NCBI GenBank assembly: GCA_012026655.1
Contig: JAAILG010000077.1
Span: 62,001-126,000, forward strand
Direction of reading: 5' to 3'
From: Hydrolagus affinis
Taxonomy: Eukaryota
Length of the DNA: 64,000 bases
Program-made: the position numbers and the translations under genes
Notes under the pieces: generated by a model
Seen by the model: the letters and a program-made list of their open reading frames with translations, nothing else
Told to the model about the DNA's origin: nothing
Database searches by the model: none
Shown here: one piece after another, positions 53,953-64,000 of the stretch
How the letters are laid out: every line of letters starts with the position of its first letter
Numbering within the stretch: position 1 is the stretch's first letter

Positions 53953-54274
53953 GAATAATAATAATAATAATCCTTGCATTTTGATATAGCGCTTTTCACG
54001 TCTTCTAGACGTCACAAAGCGCTTCACAGAATATCCTGTAAAGTGAATTGACTGTACCGGTATATACGTGGGTGAAATGTGGCAGCCAATTGCGTATACA
54101 GCAGTGTCCCACAAACAGTCGTGGATTAAATGAACAATTTATTATTATTGATTTTTTGAGGGATTATTATCTGGAGTAAGGAAACTTGTCCAAGGTTTCA
54201 CCCTGTCTGGAATTGAACCCAAGTCTCTCGCTTGAAAGGCGAGTACTCGAACCATTGAGCTACAGGACTCCACA
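53953..54274 (-). mobile_element. tRNA-derived SINE, full length, BRD7 intron 1
   Basis: Reverse complement of the family consensus. Confidence 0.93.
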
Positions 54275-54754
54275 TGCTGCAAAAAATAGATTAATGGTTA
54301 CTTTGAAATGTTGCCACAGGAAAGATCCAGTTTCCTTAAGGTATTTCCACCGTAAAGTGACACCCTGGAGTTAACTCTTTCTATGAAGCTAAATGGGAGC
54401 AGCTAGGTAGGATTTGTTTATGTTTTCAGTTGTAGGAACATGAAGAAATCTGCAATTCATTCTCTACAGAAGGATTTTTTTATTATGTAGGGTTAAGATG
54501 GTCAGTGCTTCACTTTTTTCCCCATTGTCGTTTACTGGATATTCCCAATGGTATGTTAAGCATGTTTAATTAATGCAACTGTTTATTTTTATTCTAGATT
54601 GAAGTAGCTCTGATTAAATATAACTTTAACTTTGCCATTAGAAGTTACAATAGCTGCACTTTACTAATGCAGACTAAGATTTTATGAATGAGATAACTAA
54701 GGTGAGAAATCAATGGCTAATACAGTACATCGGAAAGAAATACCCCTTTAGTCA

Positions 54755-55049
54755 ATAATAGAAATAATTCTTGCATTTGATAAAGCTCTTTTCACGTCTT
54801 CTAGATGTCTCAAAGTGCTTCACAGAGTATTCTGTAAAGTGAATTGACTGTACATTTGTGGGTGAAATGCAGCAGCCAATTGTTCACAACGGTGTCCCAC
54901 AAAGAGTCATGGATTGATCAATTTATTATATTTTTTTGAAGCATTATTAGACGTGTGGAGTAAGGAAACTTGCCTAAGGTTTTACCCTGCCTGGAATTGA
55001 ACCCAGGTCTTTCACTTGCAAGGCGAGTGCTCCAACCACTGAGCTACAG
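54755..55049 (-). mobile_element. tRNA-derived SINE, BRD7 intron 1
   Basis: Reverse complement of the family consensus. Confidence 0.93.
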
Positions 55050-55585
55050 GTCAATAGCCTTCATTTCCTTGAGCTTAATGACAAGTTTAATGCACCTTTT
55101 AAATTTTAAAACAGCCATCCTGTGTTTTGAGGATCACTTGGTAGAACTCACACAGCAATTCTCAGAGGAAATTGTAAGCAACATAAATAATGCCGCTAGA
55201 TGCCACCGTTGCAGCGATTTATAAAGAACATTGGAGCCTAGGGGTGGTAGCATATAATTTGTAGCTTTTTAATGTTATTGAAAGAAGCACCTGCAGCTTC
55301 TTTTAATGTGGGTTTTCACGCAAATTTCGGTTTTGAAAATAAATAAAACATTCTTTTTCCTTCCCCACTTTGTCCATTGACACTTTGACACACAATTTCC
55401 CCTATGAGATGGCTCCTGCCAGACAATGTTTATTCAGCTTCTACGAAGTACATAAGAGTACCACCATTGCCACTTTATTTGTCCACGTCACCTTTTGCAT
55501 GTGAACATGTTTTGCATCCACTTAGTTCTGTGTTTTATCAGCCTACAAAGAGAACATAGTCAAAGATGGTTCTTTTGTGTTGCAG

Positions 55586-55788
55586 AATATAAAGATAAAC
55601 CTCTGAAACTCGTGCTTAAAGTCGGTGGGAATGAAATAACAGAACTGTCGACGGCAAGTTCAGGACACGAGTCCAACTTACTTGAAGACAAGAATGATCA
55701 CGACAAGCACAAAGACAAGAAGAAAAAGAAAAAAAAGAAGATTGAAAAGGAGAAGCGTACGACTGAAAATGAACGCAAAAGGAAAAAG
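55586..55788 (+). CDS. BRD7: BRD7 exon 2 (EYKDKPLKLVLKVGGNEITELST...RKRKK), includes Lys-rich NLS-like tract
   Basis: TTGCAG acceptor, AAG|GTACGT donor, 203 nt; KPLKLVLKVGG motif typical of BRD7/BRD9. Confidence 0.97.
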
Positions 55789-55919
55789 GTACGTGTTCAG
55801 TACACCTTTTAAATGTCTTTGATATTTGCCTGTCTCATCCACTCCTGGTGCTGTCGTTTTCTGCCTTACAAACAGAAAGATGTAAAGATTAATCTTTTGT
55901 ATAAGATTCGCATTGATTT

Positions 55920-56040
55920 CATCCACAAAATGTGCAGTCAGTCCACTTGACAGTATATTCTGTGAAGCACTTTGGGATGTATCGAAGACGTGAAAAAACG
56001 TTATATTCTACATCAAATTAAAGGATTGCTATTATTATTT
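55920..56040 (+). mobile_element. SINE 3' fragment, BRD7 intron 2
   Basis: ACAGTATATTCTGTGAAGCACTTTGGGATGT...ATTATT tail. Confidence 0.8.
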
Positions 56041-56116
56041 CTAATCAATTCTGCTCCTGAACAGTTCTCTACACATGTGAGTTATCAACACTTTGCTTTT
56101 AATTTTGTTCTTCAAG

Positions 56117-56231
56117 GATGACAAGAAAAAGCGAGAGAAAGTGCCACCCGCTGACGAGGAAGAGAAGGGTCAAGCAAGGTTTGAGATGCCAGTGGACAGA
56201 CTCATGGCTTCGCCCTTATTGAAGGTTGAAG
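56117..56231 (+). CDS. BRD7: BRD7 exon 3 (DDKKKREKVPPADEEEKGQARFEMPVDRLMASPLLKVE)
   Basis: TTCTTCAAG acceptor, G|GTAAGG donor, 115 nt open, phase 0 to 1 fits neighbouring exons. Confidence 0.9.
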
Positions 56232-56491
56232 GTAAGGTCTCCTCTAGAAGGAGCATTTAATGTCAACTAAAAGTTTCTATTCTGCTTTTAAACTTTGGTA
56301 CAAGCTGCTGCAAGGTTCGGTTCTTCTTGATTTGTTCATCTGTTGAGAGAATATATCGTTAGCCATGATATATGCAACTATATTTTATATATTATGTATA
56401 TATATTATATCATGGCTATAGTGCTGGGCTACTTGACTGATTTTAATTCATAGTTCTTACTCACCTGTATTTCTTTACCTTCATGATGAAG

Positions 56492-56546
56492 AATACCAAA
56501 GTCCCTTTCAAGAACTGCTACATCAAGTGCTGCGTCAACTTCAGAG
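56492..56546 (+). CDS. BRD7: BRD7 exon 4 (EYQSPFQELLHQVLRQLQR), GC donor
   Basis: Similar to human EQTPLQEALNQLMRQLQR; frame requires donor AG|GCAAGT at 56547; only usable acceptor is ATGAAG ending 56491. Confidence 0.88.
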
Positions 56547-57037
56547 GCAAGTACTTGTACTGCCATTTCATCTTAGTTCCTGCTTGGTGCATTTTCATTT
56601 TTTTAAAAATCTTAGTTTTAACTATTTCTGCAAATAATACAGTATATTGCTTGTTTTGAAACATGATAAGCTGGAATATAACACAATGCGTGTTAGTACT
56701 GTAAGCCACATGGCGAGAAAATTCTGATTGCAATACTTTGGGTTCAACTTTGTTGCATTCTAGAAATTACGTATTCATTTTGATCCTATAGTTAACAAAC
56801 AACTCTGCATCCTTTAGTGTCGGAGCCAAGTTATACTGAATGTTGTTTGTACTGATGCTTTATAAAATCCATAACGGTGAAGTTTGGCTGTGTTGAAATT
56901 CTACCATGGGGCAAACACAAACAGAGTGGTGTTGCCCTACGGTTCCAGTGACTTTCAAACCCTTCACTGTGCAGGTCTTATTCTCAGCAGCACGAATAAA
57001 AGGATTTCTCACGTAAAACATGTTTGCTTTCTTTCAG

Positions 57038-57182
57038 GAAAGACCCCAATGCATTCTTTTCATTCCCCGTTACTGATTTTATCGCCCCTGGTTACACCAT
57101 GATCATTAAACAGCCAATGGACTTCAGTACGATGAAAGAGAGGGTGAAGAAGAACGAATATCAGAGTGTGGAGGAGCTGACG
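57038..57182 (+). CDS. BRD7: BRD7 exon 5, bromodomain ZA loop (KDPNAFFSFPVTDFIAPGYTMIIKQPMDFSTMK...)
   Basis: TTTCAG acceptor, GT donor at 57183, 145 nt; AFFSFPVTDFIAPGY is BRD7-type (BRD9 has GFFAFPVTDAIAPGY). Confidence 0.98.
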
Positions 57183-57307
57183 GTACAGTATGAAACTGAA
57201 GCGTTCAAATTGCCTGAGATACATACCTTAATAATACATTGGTAACCTGTCTCAAATAGCAATTGAAGTATCACTTTCACAGCATATTGTTCTATTCTCA
57301 AAGAGTA

Positions 57308-57533
57308 GCCTTGCGTTTGATATAGTGTTTTTCACATCGAAACATCCCAATGCGCTTCACAGAATATACTGCAAATTGACTGTATATTTGTGGGCAAGAT
57401 GCCGCAGCCAATTGCGCACAGCAGTGTCCCACAAACAGTCATGGATTGAAGTGACCAATTTATTATAGTTTTTGGTTTGGAGGGATTAATATCAGGCAAG
57501 TGGAGTAAGGAAACTTGCCCAAGGTTTTGCCCT
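57308..57533 (-). mobile_element. SINE lacking the tRNA head, BRD7 intron 5
   Basis: Reverse complement of core and tail. Confidence 0.9.
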
Positions 57534-57825
57534 CCAGAGTTTTGGACAATTAATGACATGCTTGATCCCTCCTGTTCATTTTAATTTATTCAACATTTCA
57601 AAATACTTATTACTGGGGACAAAGTAAAAAATTGACTTCACATCTCCCTTGCAGAAGAGCAATTGGTAACTTTCTTCTCTCATTGCTAAGAGATTTATGG
57701 TCTGCAAATAAATAGGACAGTAAATGATACCAGCAGAAATGGTACTATATATATATTTTTTAATCAGTTGTACCAGTGCAGCTCCTTACATATTTTGGAC
57801 ATTATTAATTGTTTTTAATTTGTAG

Positions 57826-57936
57826 GCAGACCTCAGAACAATGTGTGAAAATGCAATGACGTACAACCGGCCAGAAACTATTTACTACAAAGCTGCAAAG
57901 AAACTGCTGCACTCTGGGATGAAAATCCTAAGCCAG
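57826..57936 (+). CDS. BRD7: BRD7 exon 6, bromodomain BC loop (ADLRTMCENAMTYNRPETIYYKAAKKLLHSGMKILSQ)
   Basis: TGTAG acceptor, CAG|GTAAAG donor, 111 nt; conserved acetyl-lysine-binding YN motif. Confidence 0.98.
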
Positions 57937-58473
57937 GTAAAGGCAACAGATATCAATTTCAGTACACATGAAAAACATACTTTTTTAAAAGGTTCAATTT
58001 GTGCATTTATTAATTTTATAAATGCTTCAGCAATTTTCCTTCTACTCAGGCTTATTATCCCCACAAGCACAAACACAGTCAAATGTAAGCAAGGGGAGTG
58101 GAGTATGACATTTCAGACCTCTACAAATTATTTGTTTTATCCAAAAGGTTTCTAAATTTCAGATGATTCAGAATGATTTTCAAATTCTTCACTGACGTTG
58201 AATTGAAATTTTGTCCTTCTCCTCCAACTCACTTGCTGAACTCTTTACCTTTAGCCAGTTTGCTGCCACTGAAAGGTGAAGAATTATTAGTTTAGTTACT
58301 AAAATGTGTTAGGGGTTTAAATCTTTTAAATCATCATGGTTGTGGAGGATGTAGTATATTGACACCTGGTGAATTTGAGAATACTTGAAGTGAATAAGTA
58401 GTGTTGATATTGGTGTGGCTTTTAATTAAATCTTCAGAACCTTTATAGAGCAATGTTTGAATTACTTTCCTAG

Positions 58474-58667
58474 GAGAGAATCCAGACTCTGAAACAAAAT
58501 ATAGACTTCATGCAGGACCTGGAAAAGTCCCAGAAGCAAGGGGACAAGACGAGAACAGGAGAATCGAATGGGGAATGCAGAAAGAACGAGATGGATGAGA
58601 AATGGAAAGCCTCAGACAGTGAGATGGGTGAAAGAACTTCAATGAACCAAAACGGTGAAGACAAAAG
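58474..58667 (+). CDS. BRD7: BRD7 exon 7 (ERIQTLKQNIDFMQDLEKSQKQ...GEDKR)
   Basis: TTCCTAG acceptor, AG|GTACAG donor, 194 nt; similar to human ERIQSLKQSIDFM. Confidence 0.93.
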
Positions 58668-59142
58668 GTACAGTGATGTGGTAACTGGAAGTGTGAAATC
58701 ATACAGACATAGAAGATTCCAAGTCTCATTCCTGTTCTGTACTGGGTTAGTTCATCTTAACTAGTACCTTTGGAATCCTATTCCAGGTTGAGTTACCAGA
58801 ATCAGAATAGGAGTGGGGGGGGGTCGAAGACTATTTGTTTTTAAAAACAAAACTCATGGGGGTCTCATTCCAGCAGTCACTTTCTATTAAAAAGCTTTGC
58901 AACATTAATTCTGTATCACATTAGTTTAGAGTTGTTATTATAAATAGCCGAAGGCATCTCATCCATTATTCTGTCTGCCGTGAGTTTTTAAAGTGCATCC
59001 AAAGTAAAATGCTATGTGCTATTCTACGTTTCCCAGGTGCTGTGAGTGTCTGTTTTTATTTGTGTTATTTAGAGCAGAGGTTCTCAAACTGGTACACGGA
59101 ATTTTGTGTAATTTTGTTGTTGTTGTCAAATGCTCTATGCAG

Positions 59143-59272
59143 GTCAGAAAATTCTGCTGGCGAGGCTGCATTGACTGGTGCTAATCGTGTGATCGATGAA
59201 GAATTGAAAATGCTTGATCGCATTATCGAAGACTCTTCTGGAAAATTCACCCGCCGTAAAACAGATAGCAAG
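59143..59272 (+). CDS. BRD7: BRD7 exon 8 (SENSAGEAALTGANRVIDEELKMLDRIIEDSSGKFTRRKTDSK)
   Basis: TGCAG acceptor, AAG|GT donor, 130 nt; LDRI..SGK.TRR motif; phase fits. Confidence 0.92.
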
Positions 59273-59464
59273 GTACTCTTTTGTCACTTTCATACAGAGG
59301 TCCTAATGTTTCTACTGTTTCTGTACTGTTTCAAATGGTGGACTAGTGTCAGTTTTGGAAGAGAAGAGCATTGGCAGAAGGGGAAAATGCTCTGCATTCA
59401 GTCGTCTACATCTAGTTTAATACTTTCCTCTAATAGCGTACATGCTGTGCCTGTTTATCTGCAG

Positions 59465-59540
59465 TTTGAATTCCAGAGAAGAAAAAATGATGGCACCACT
59501 ACCCTCGGAATCAGGAATCCAACAGATCCGGAAATGGGAG
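59465..59540 (+). CDS. BRD7: BRD7 exon 9 (FEFQRRKNDGTTTLGIRNPTDPEMG)
   Basis: CTGCAG acceptor, G|GTAAGT donor, 76 nt; RRK.DGTTTLG motif. Confidence 0.96.
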
Positions 59541-60202
59541 GTAAGTGAAAAAATGAGCTGCATGCAGTTGTGTTTCAGTGTCAGAATATTGTGGCATGTA
59601 ATATATTTTAAGTTTAAGCTTCAACTGCACTGTGATTGCTTGTAACTGTGTAATGTAAGAGTGGAAAGCGCTTTCCTCTGGATGTAAAAGGCACTATGTA
59701 TAATGTATTGTAAATATGGTAATTTACCATGCATGCAGTATTGTGTTGTAAGTTTAAACTCCATACTTGTGTGTGTGGTGTCTGTGGTGTGTGTATGTAT
59801 ATAGAGACCAAAGAAATGTTCAGCACAGGGGGAGGTCATTCAGCCCATTTTATTGCATTGCAACTGTTTCTGGTTATTTGCCAAGCACAGGCATCACTTT
59901 CCGTTTCCCACGCCAGCCATCCTTTTGCTTTTGCTTTTCGTTTTGAATTGCTGGCCAGGTTTGTCCTGTCGATGCATTCTTCCAAGAAAATGGTTGAGAT
60001 TTGCAGTCAGCAGACTATAGATTTCGTCCCATTGTACTCACATTTTGAATTCAAACCCAAGTCCTTACAGATAAACAATAGTGTGGCTATATCCAGTCCC
60101 TCTCTTAGGTTCCAGAGAATCAGTTTCTTCCACTGGTACTTGTGCTTTCTATCAGTCTTCCTTCATCCAGTGCACTATTGTAAAATGTGCTATTTGTTGC
60201 AG

Positions 60203-60310
60203 ATCCAACTTACTGTCCAGTGAAGCTGGGTATGATGACAGGCAGATTGCAGTCTGGTATCAACACACTTCAAGGATTTAAAGAGGATAAACGCAATAAA
60301 GTTATACCAG
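60203..60310 (+). CDS. BRD7: BRD7 exon 10 (DPTYCPVKLGMMTGRLQSGINTLQGFKEDKRNKVIP)
   Basis: TTGCAG acceptor, G|GTCAGT donor, 108 nt; nearly identical to the conserved DUF3512 region. Confidence 0.97.
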
Positions 60311-60560
60311 GTCAGTACTGCAAATGGCTTGGTTTGAATAGCATTGGATTTTAGGAGGTTTGGGAAGGAGAACAAAATTCAGTAGCATAACTGGCTGGCA
60401 AGCGAATGCTCTATGTCTATCTGCGATTAGATTCTGGGAGAATTATCACCGGGAACTATGTTTAATTTTAAACCTTGATTAATGATTCAGGTGATATTTC
60501 AGGCCTGTTTAATGTGAGCCTGGCTATTCCGGTAATGTCCTCTGATATATTTTGTTGCAG

Positions 60561-60696
60561 TAACGTACTTGAACTATGGACCTTTCAGTTCGTATGCTCC
60601 AGGTTATGATTCTACCTGTGCTAATCTCAGCAAGGAAGATTCCGACCTGTTGTATTCCACGTACGGTGATGATTCAAGCTTACTCGGGTCCTTTAG
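60561..60696 (+). CDS. BRD7: BRD7 exon 11 (VTYLNYGPFSSYAPGYDSTCANLSKEDSDLLYSTYGDDSSLLGSFS)
   Basis: TTGCAG acceptor, AG|GTGAGT donor, 136 nt; YLNYGP.SSYAP motif. Confidence 0.97.
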
Positions 60697-61016
60697 GTGA
60701 GTACCAACCTTCTATTCACAGAACCAATGCCCGGGAATAGCTCACTCGGTTAAGTAATTGTCTTGGGGCCAGAAAGTTCTAAACACTGGTCAGTCCTTTC
60801 ACCCTTTTTAAGATAAAGAATCAAAACACGTGTATAGTGTCTAAAAGACGCCTTGTTGGGTGCATGGAGAAAAGAGAGAAGAGACAAAATCTAATGTTTT
60901 CTGGAAAGTAGAATAGTACATTTCCCCTTTAAGTAAAGCAAATGACTTGTATTATTGTATTATCTGTAACATATGCTGAACAAAACCGAAGTGGCTTGCA
61001 ATCCATTTGTTTTCAG

Positions 61017-61128
61017 TGTTCAACAGTTCTTGGCGAACAACAGTGATTACAGTGTTGACATGGTGGACAATTTGCTAGATTCACTGACAAATGGCGAGCA
61101 TTCGAAAGCACTGAAAGATCTGCAGCCA
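61017..61128 (+). CDS. BRD7: BRD7 exon 12 (VQQFLANNSDYSVDMVDNLLDSLTNGEHSKALKDLQP)
   Basis: TTTCAG acceptor, GTAAGT donor, 112 nt; LLD.LT.G.HS motif. Confidence 0.95.
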
Positions 61129-62011
61129 GTAAGTCTTGTGTTCTGTATAAAAGTGGTGGTGCTCTTTAAAAAAAATTGCTTTCTTTTGTGTGATTTCCCA
61201 ACAACCCTGTTAAATTGTACGGCTGAAACGTTTAGTCAAGTTATTGGCTGACGATGGCTATGGGGTTACCTGTGTCATGAGGTAAAATACCTTGTCATCC
61301 AGACCTGGAAGATCACTGGTTAACCCCTGGAAAAGCAGCAATGAGTGGAGATGGGATTGGCTTAAACTGTGATTTAAAAATATATATATATAAGCAAGTG
61401 CAGTTCTTCCAAATTCCAGACATTTTCTATTCAGATATGGAAGAAATTTATCACAGATGTGAATTGGTCTGGTCTGAATGCAATCAAATACAGTACTACA
61501 GCATTCCCCACCCCTTTTTTATTGCATCAAATTAAGCTACAGTACTTTTAAAGCCCAACTAATTTCTACAAGAATTTCATTTACTTTAAAGTGCTGCATC
61601 AATAATAGCTCCAGGAGATTTGTGACTTGTTGCATCCCGGATAGTATCCCGGATTTTGAATACATCTCAATCTATCAAATTTATCTATATATAAATACTT
61701 GTTCTCTCCCAGCTTCTACAATCCTATTTCTTTTGATGGGGAGGGAGATGGGAGATTTAATCATTTAAATGAATGCAACTATATCTGCTTATTCAAACCA
61801 GCTATAATACTACCACCTTCTACAGCTCACACCCACTTTTATCATGGTTTAGCTATTGTGGTTTGCTTTGACCAGGAAGCGAAAAAGTGTCCTGCTGTAA
61901 CAAATAAAAATCTCTGTGCATCTTTGCTCCTCTTCTTCAACCTAATTTTGTTTGAAGTAACTTGTATTTATTTTTGTTCGTATTTAGTGTTTATTTTTTG
62001 CAATCTTGCAG

Positions 62012-62068
62012 ATTATATCTAACAATGAAAAGGATCTGACTGTTCTTAAAACCTCTGAAGATGTACAG
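62012..62068 (+). CDS. BRD7: BRD7 exon 13 (IISNNEKDLTVLKTSEDVQ); gene continues beyond the window
   Basis: CTTGCAG acceptor with T-rich tract, CAG|GTAACA donor, 57 nt, phase 0-0; low-conservation linker of about the expected size. Confidence 0.8.
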
Positions 62069-62376
62069 GTAACACTGACATTTATTTATAGACTATTCTC
62101 TACCAGAAATGCAATAAATTATTCACATTACATAGATTTAAATCAGCTGTAAACTTTTGTTATGCAAGTGGAGTCTACTTGTTGTAATGCTTGACATTTT
62201 TCCTGTATGGTTTATTTAAATAAAAATGCCAGTTGTCTTCATGCTCCTGAAATAGCCAAGTGACTCAAAGAAGAAATTAACCCTCAGAGACACAGTGTAG
62301 TTTGCAACAGGGATTAAGAATTTTCTGTAGCTTCAGTGCACGTGATTACTTTAGAAGAAATTCTCTTCATCTCTAG

Positions 62377-62433
62377 ATTCCCAGACTCAGTAGCAATGTC
62401 TCCATACATCAAATATAGTAGGTACAGTGCAAG
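62377..62433 (+). other. Candidate alternative (poison) exon in BRD7 intron 13
   Basis: TTCTCTTCATCTCTAG acceptor, AAG|GTAAGC donor, 57 nt, in-frame TAG TAG at 62416-62421. Confidence 0.35.
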
Positions 62434-62691
62434 GTAAGCAGAAACCAGCCTGTGATTCTAGGAAATGGTAGGGAAAGGAATAGCAATCATGGGTACGTTT
62501 AGTTCAACCTTTTTTGGTCGACTGAGTGTCTGGCACATGTGGAAACTCATCATTATATATGTAAGACTAGTCAAACTAGTATGAGTTCCATATACATTTG
62601 CCACATACACATGGAAACTTCCATGTGACTGGAATGCAATGCACACCCTCAGTGGAGAGATACGTCCGGCCTACCTAATTCTGGAGAGAAT

Positions 62692-62850
62692 TACAACAAC
62701 AAAATGACATTTGTATATTGCCTTTCATGGGGAGATTGAATTGTTCTTTTCAAAATGCCGGCACAGACTCAATGGGCCAAATGGCCTCCTTTTGTGCCAT
62801 AAGATTCTATGATTCTACGATTCATGTCAGGAGGACGTCCCAAGGTATTA
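62692..62850. mobile_element. CR1 3' end (62730-62820, plus) nested in a minus-strand L2 tail with TTCATG duplication
   Basis: TTCATG at 62724-62729 and 62821-62826; (ATTCTATG)n tail. Confidence 0.85.
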
Positions 62851-63074
62851 GGAGCCTGTTGGGAAGGATCGGGACCCCAGGGTGCCATTGGGGCATGGTT
62901 TGAGTTTAACCAGCTAAAGCCACAAAGGGAGTAAGAGAGTAAGTAATAGGTGCCTTGGTGTGTTTGAAAATAGATCAGGGGTGGGAAACAGATTCATAGA
63001 AAGATGACCTTCATTTGACATCCCCACTATGTATGCAGGGAATTATTTCCCCAGCAGGTGGCCATTCAAGGTTG

Positions 63075-63650
63075 ATCACTTCTAGGCTAAACTACGCCAA
63101 CGCACTGCTTGTTGGCCTTCCCAATTCCTCCCTCCATACGCTGCAGATCATCCAGAACTCTGGGGCTCGTGTCCTCTACCGCTCCAAGCTCCACAACGTC
63201 ATCTTCCCCATTGGCTCCACGTCTTCTAGAGGAGTTCAATTCAAGATCCTGGTCCTCACCTTCTAAGCGCTCCACAGCTTTACCCTACCATACCTTTGTG
63301 ACCTCCTAACCCGCTACCAACCTGCCCGCTCCCTCCACTCAGCGGGCTCCAGCCTGCTTCATGTCCCCCGATCCACCCGCCCCACCATTGGCGGATGAGC
63401 CTTCAGTCACTCTACCATAACCTCTGGAGTTCCATTCCGCAGACCTTCTGCCTTGCCCCCTCCCTAACCTCCTTCAAGTCCCTCCTCAAAACTCCTCTTC
63501 GACTGTCTCATCGATTACCCAAATTCCCCTCCACCCTCTCCGATGCCGACCCCAGCTCAGGTCCGAAGCATCGACTGTCCAGTACCTTGGGATATCCTCC
63601 CGATGTGAAAGGCGCTGCAGTATCCAAATGTAATTTTGTTGTTGTTATTA
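63075..63650 (+). mobile_element. L2-clade LINE 3' fragment
   Basis: SRLNYANALLVGLP...LQIIQNSGARV...QFKILVLTF is the typical L2 ORF2 end; (TTG)n tail. Confidence 0.92.
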
Positions 63651-64000
63651 CTAAAGAGCACATTATATCTTTGGGTGTGTACACTTGCTTTCAATGTGTT
63701 TCTGACTGCACTGGAAGGTTTGTATTGAAATTATACCACGAGTGATCCCTTTTCAATGTTAGGTTGTCTCTAATCCAAACATTTCTGGCACTTCCTAGGA
63801 TTTAAGCGCAGTGTGAGGCAGGGATCACACAACACAGCTTCTCCATCTAAACAGGGAAGGGGAGGATGGGGAAGGTAACTGTAGGATTCATTTCCAGGCA
63901 GTGATGAATGCTACCAGAGCTCCAGTACCTGTGAAACTAACAGCCATATAGAAAACGGGATACCTCTGGATTGAGGGCAGCAGTCAAGTAATTGATTTGC

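Noticed and set aside
59009-59548. 179-aa ORF
   Set aside because: BRD7 exons 8 and 9 joined by a stop-free 192-nt intron; not a separate gene, although in-frame intron retention cannot be excluded
59729-60223. 164-aa ORF in BRD7 intron 9
   Set aside because: No recognisable motif, partly GT-repeat derived, and out of frame with exon 10
52633-62068. Assignment as BRD9
   Set aside because: N-terminal and bromodomain residues (AFFSFPVTDFIAPGY, KKLLHSGMKILSQ) are BRD7-type
1-64000. CRISPR arrays, operons, intact transposase or RT ORFs, endogenous viral genes
   Set aside because: Eukaryotic intron-containing locus; no regularly spaced repeats and no long intact ORF; all RT-like pieces are short and degenerate

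Overview
Vertebrate nuclear DNA, AT-rich and CpG-depleted except around 51.7-53.8 kb. It is most likely a cartilaginous fish, probably a chimaera; this is an inference from the Deu-type tRNA-SINE, L2 and CR1 repeats and the short introns. The only protein-coding gene I recognise is BRD7 (bromodomain-containing protein 7, PBAF subunit) on the + strand. Coding exons 1-13 lie at 52633-62068 (1491 nt, 497 codons, all phases consistent) and the gene continues beyond the window. The first ~51 kb contains no recognisable gene. It holds retroposon relics, one MITE and several enhancer-like blocks; in other vertebrates the divergent neighbour on this side is NKD1, but no NKD1 exon was seen. Most ORFs in the supplied track are noise or repeat fragments. 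I found no convincing new multi-gene system. The best leads are: (1) a ~190-bp inverted duplication with nested inverted repeats enclosing the BRD7 promoter and exon 1; (2) a well-signalled 57-nt candidate poison exon in BRD7 intron 13; (3) a GC-donor, weak-acceptor exon 4; (4) a cluster of six TCF/LEF motifs at 9.2-10.4 kb; (5) recurrent perfect fold-back palindromes; (6) a possible spliced minus-strand transcript at 2-3.6 kb. Repeat boundaries are approximate and family names come from recalled consensus similarity, not a database search.
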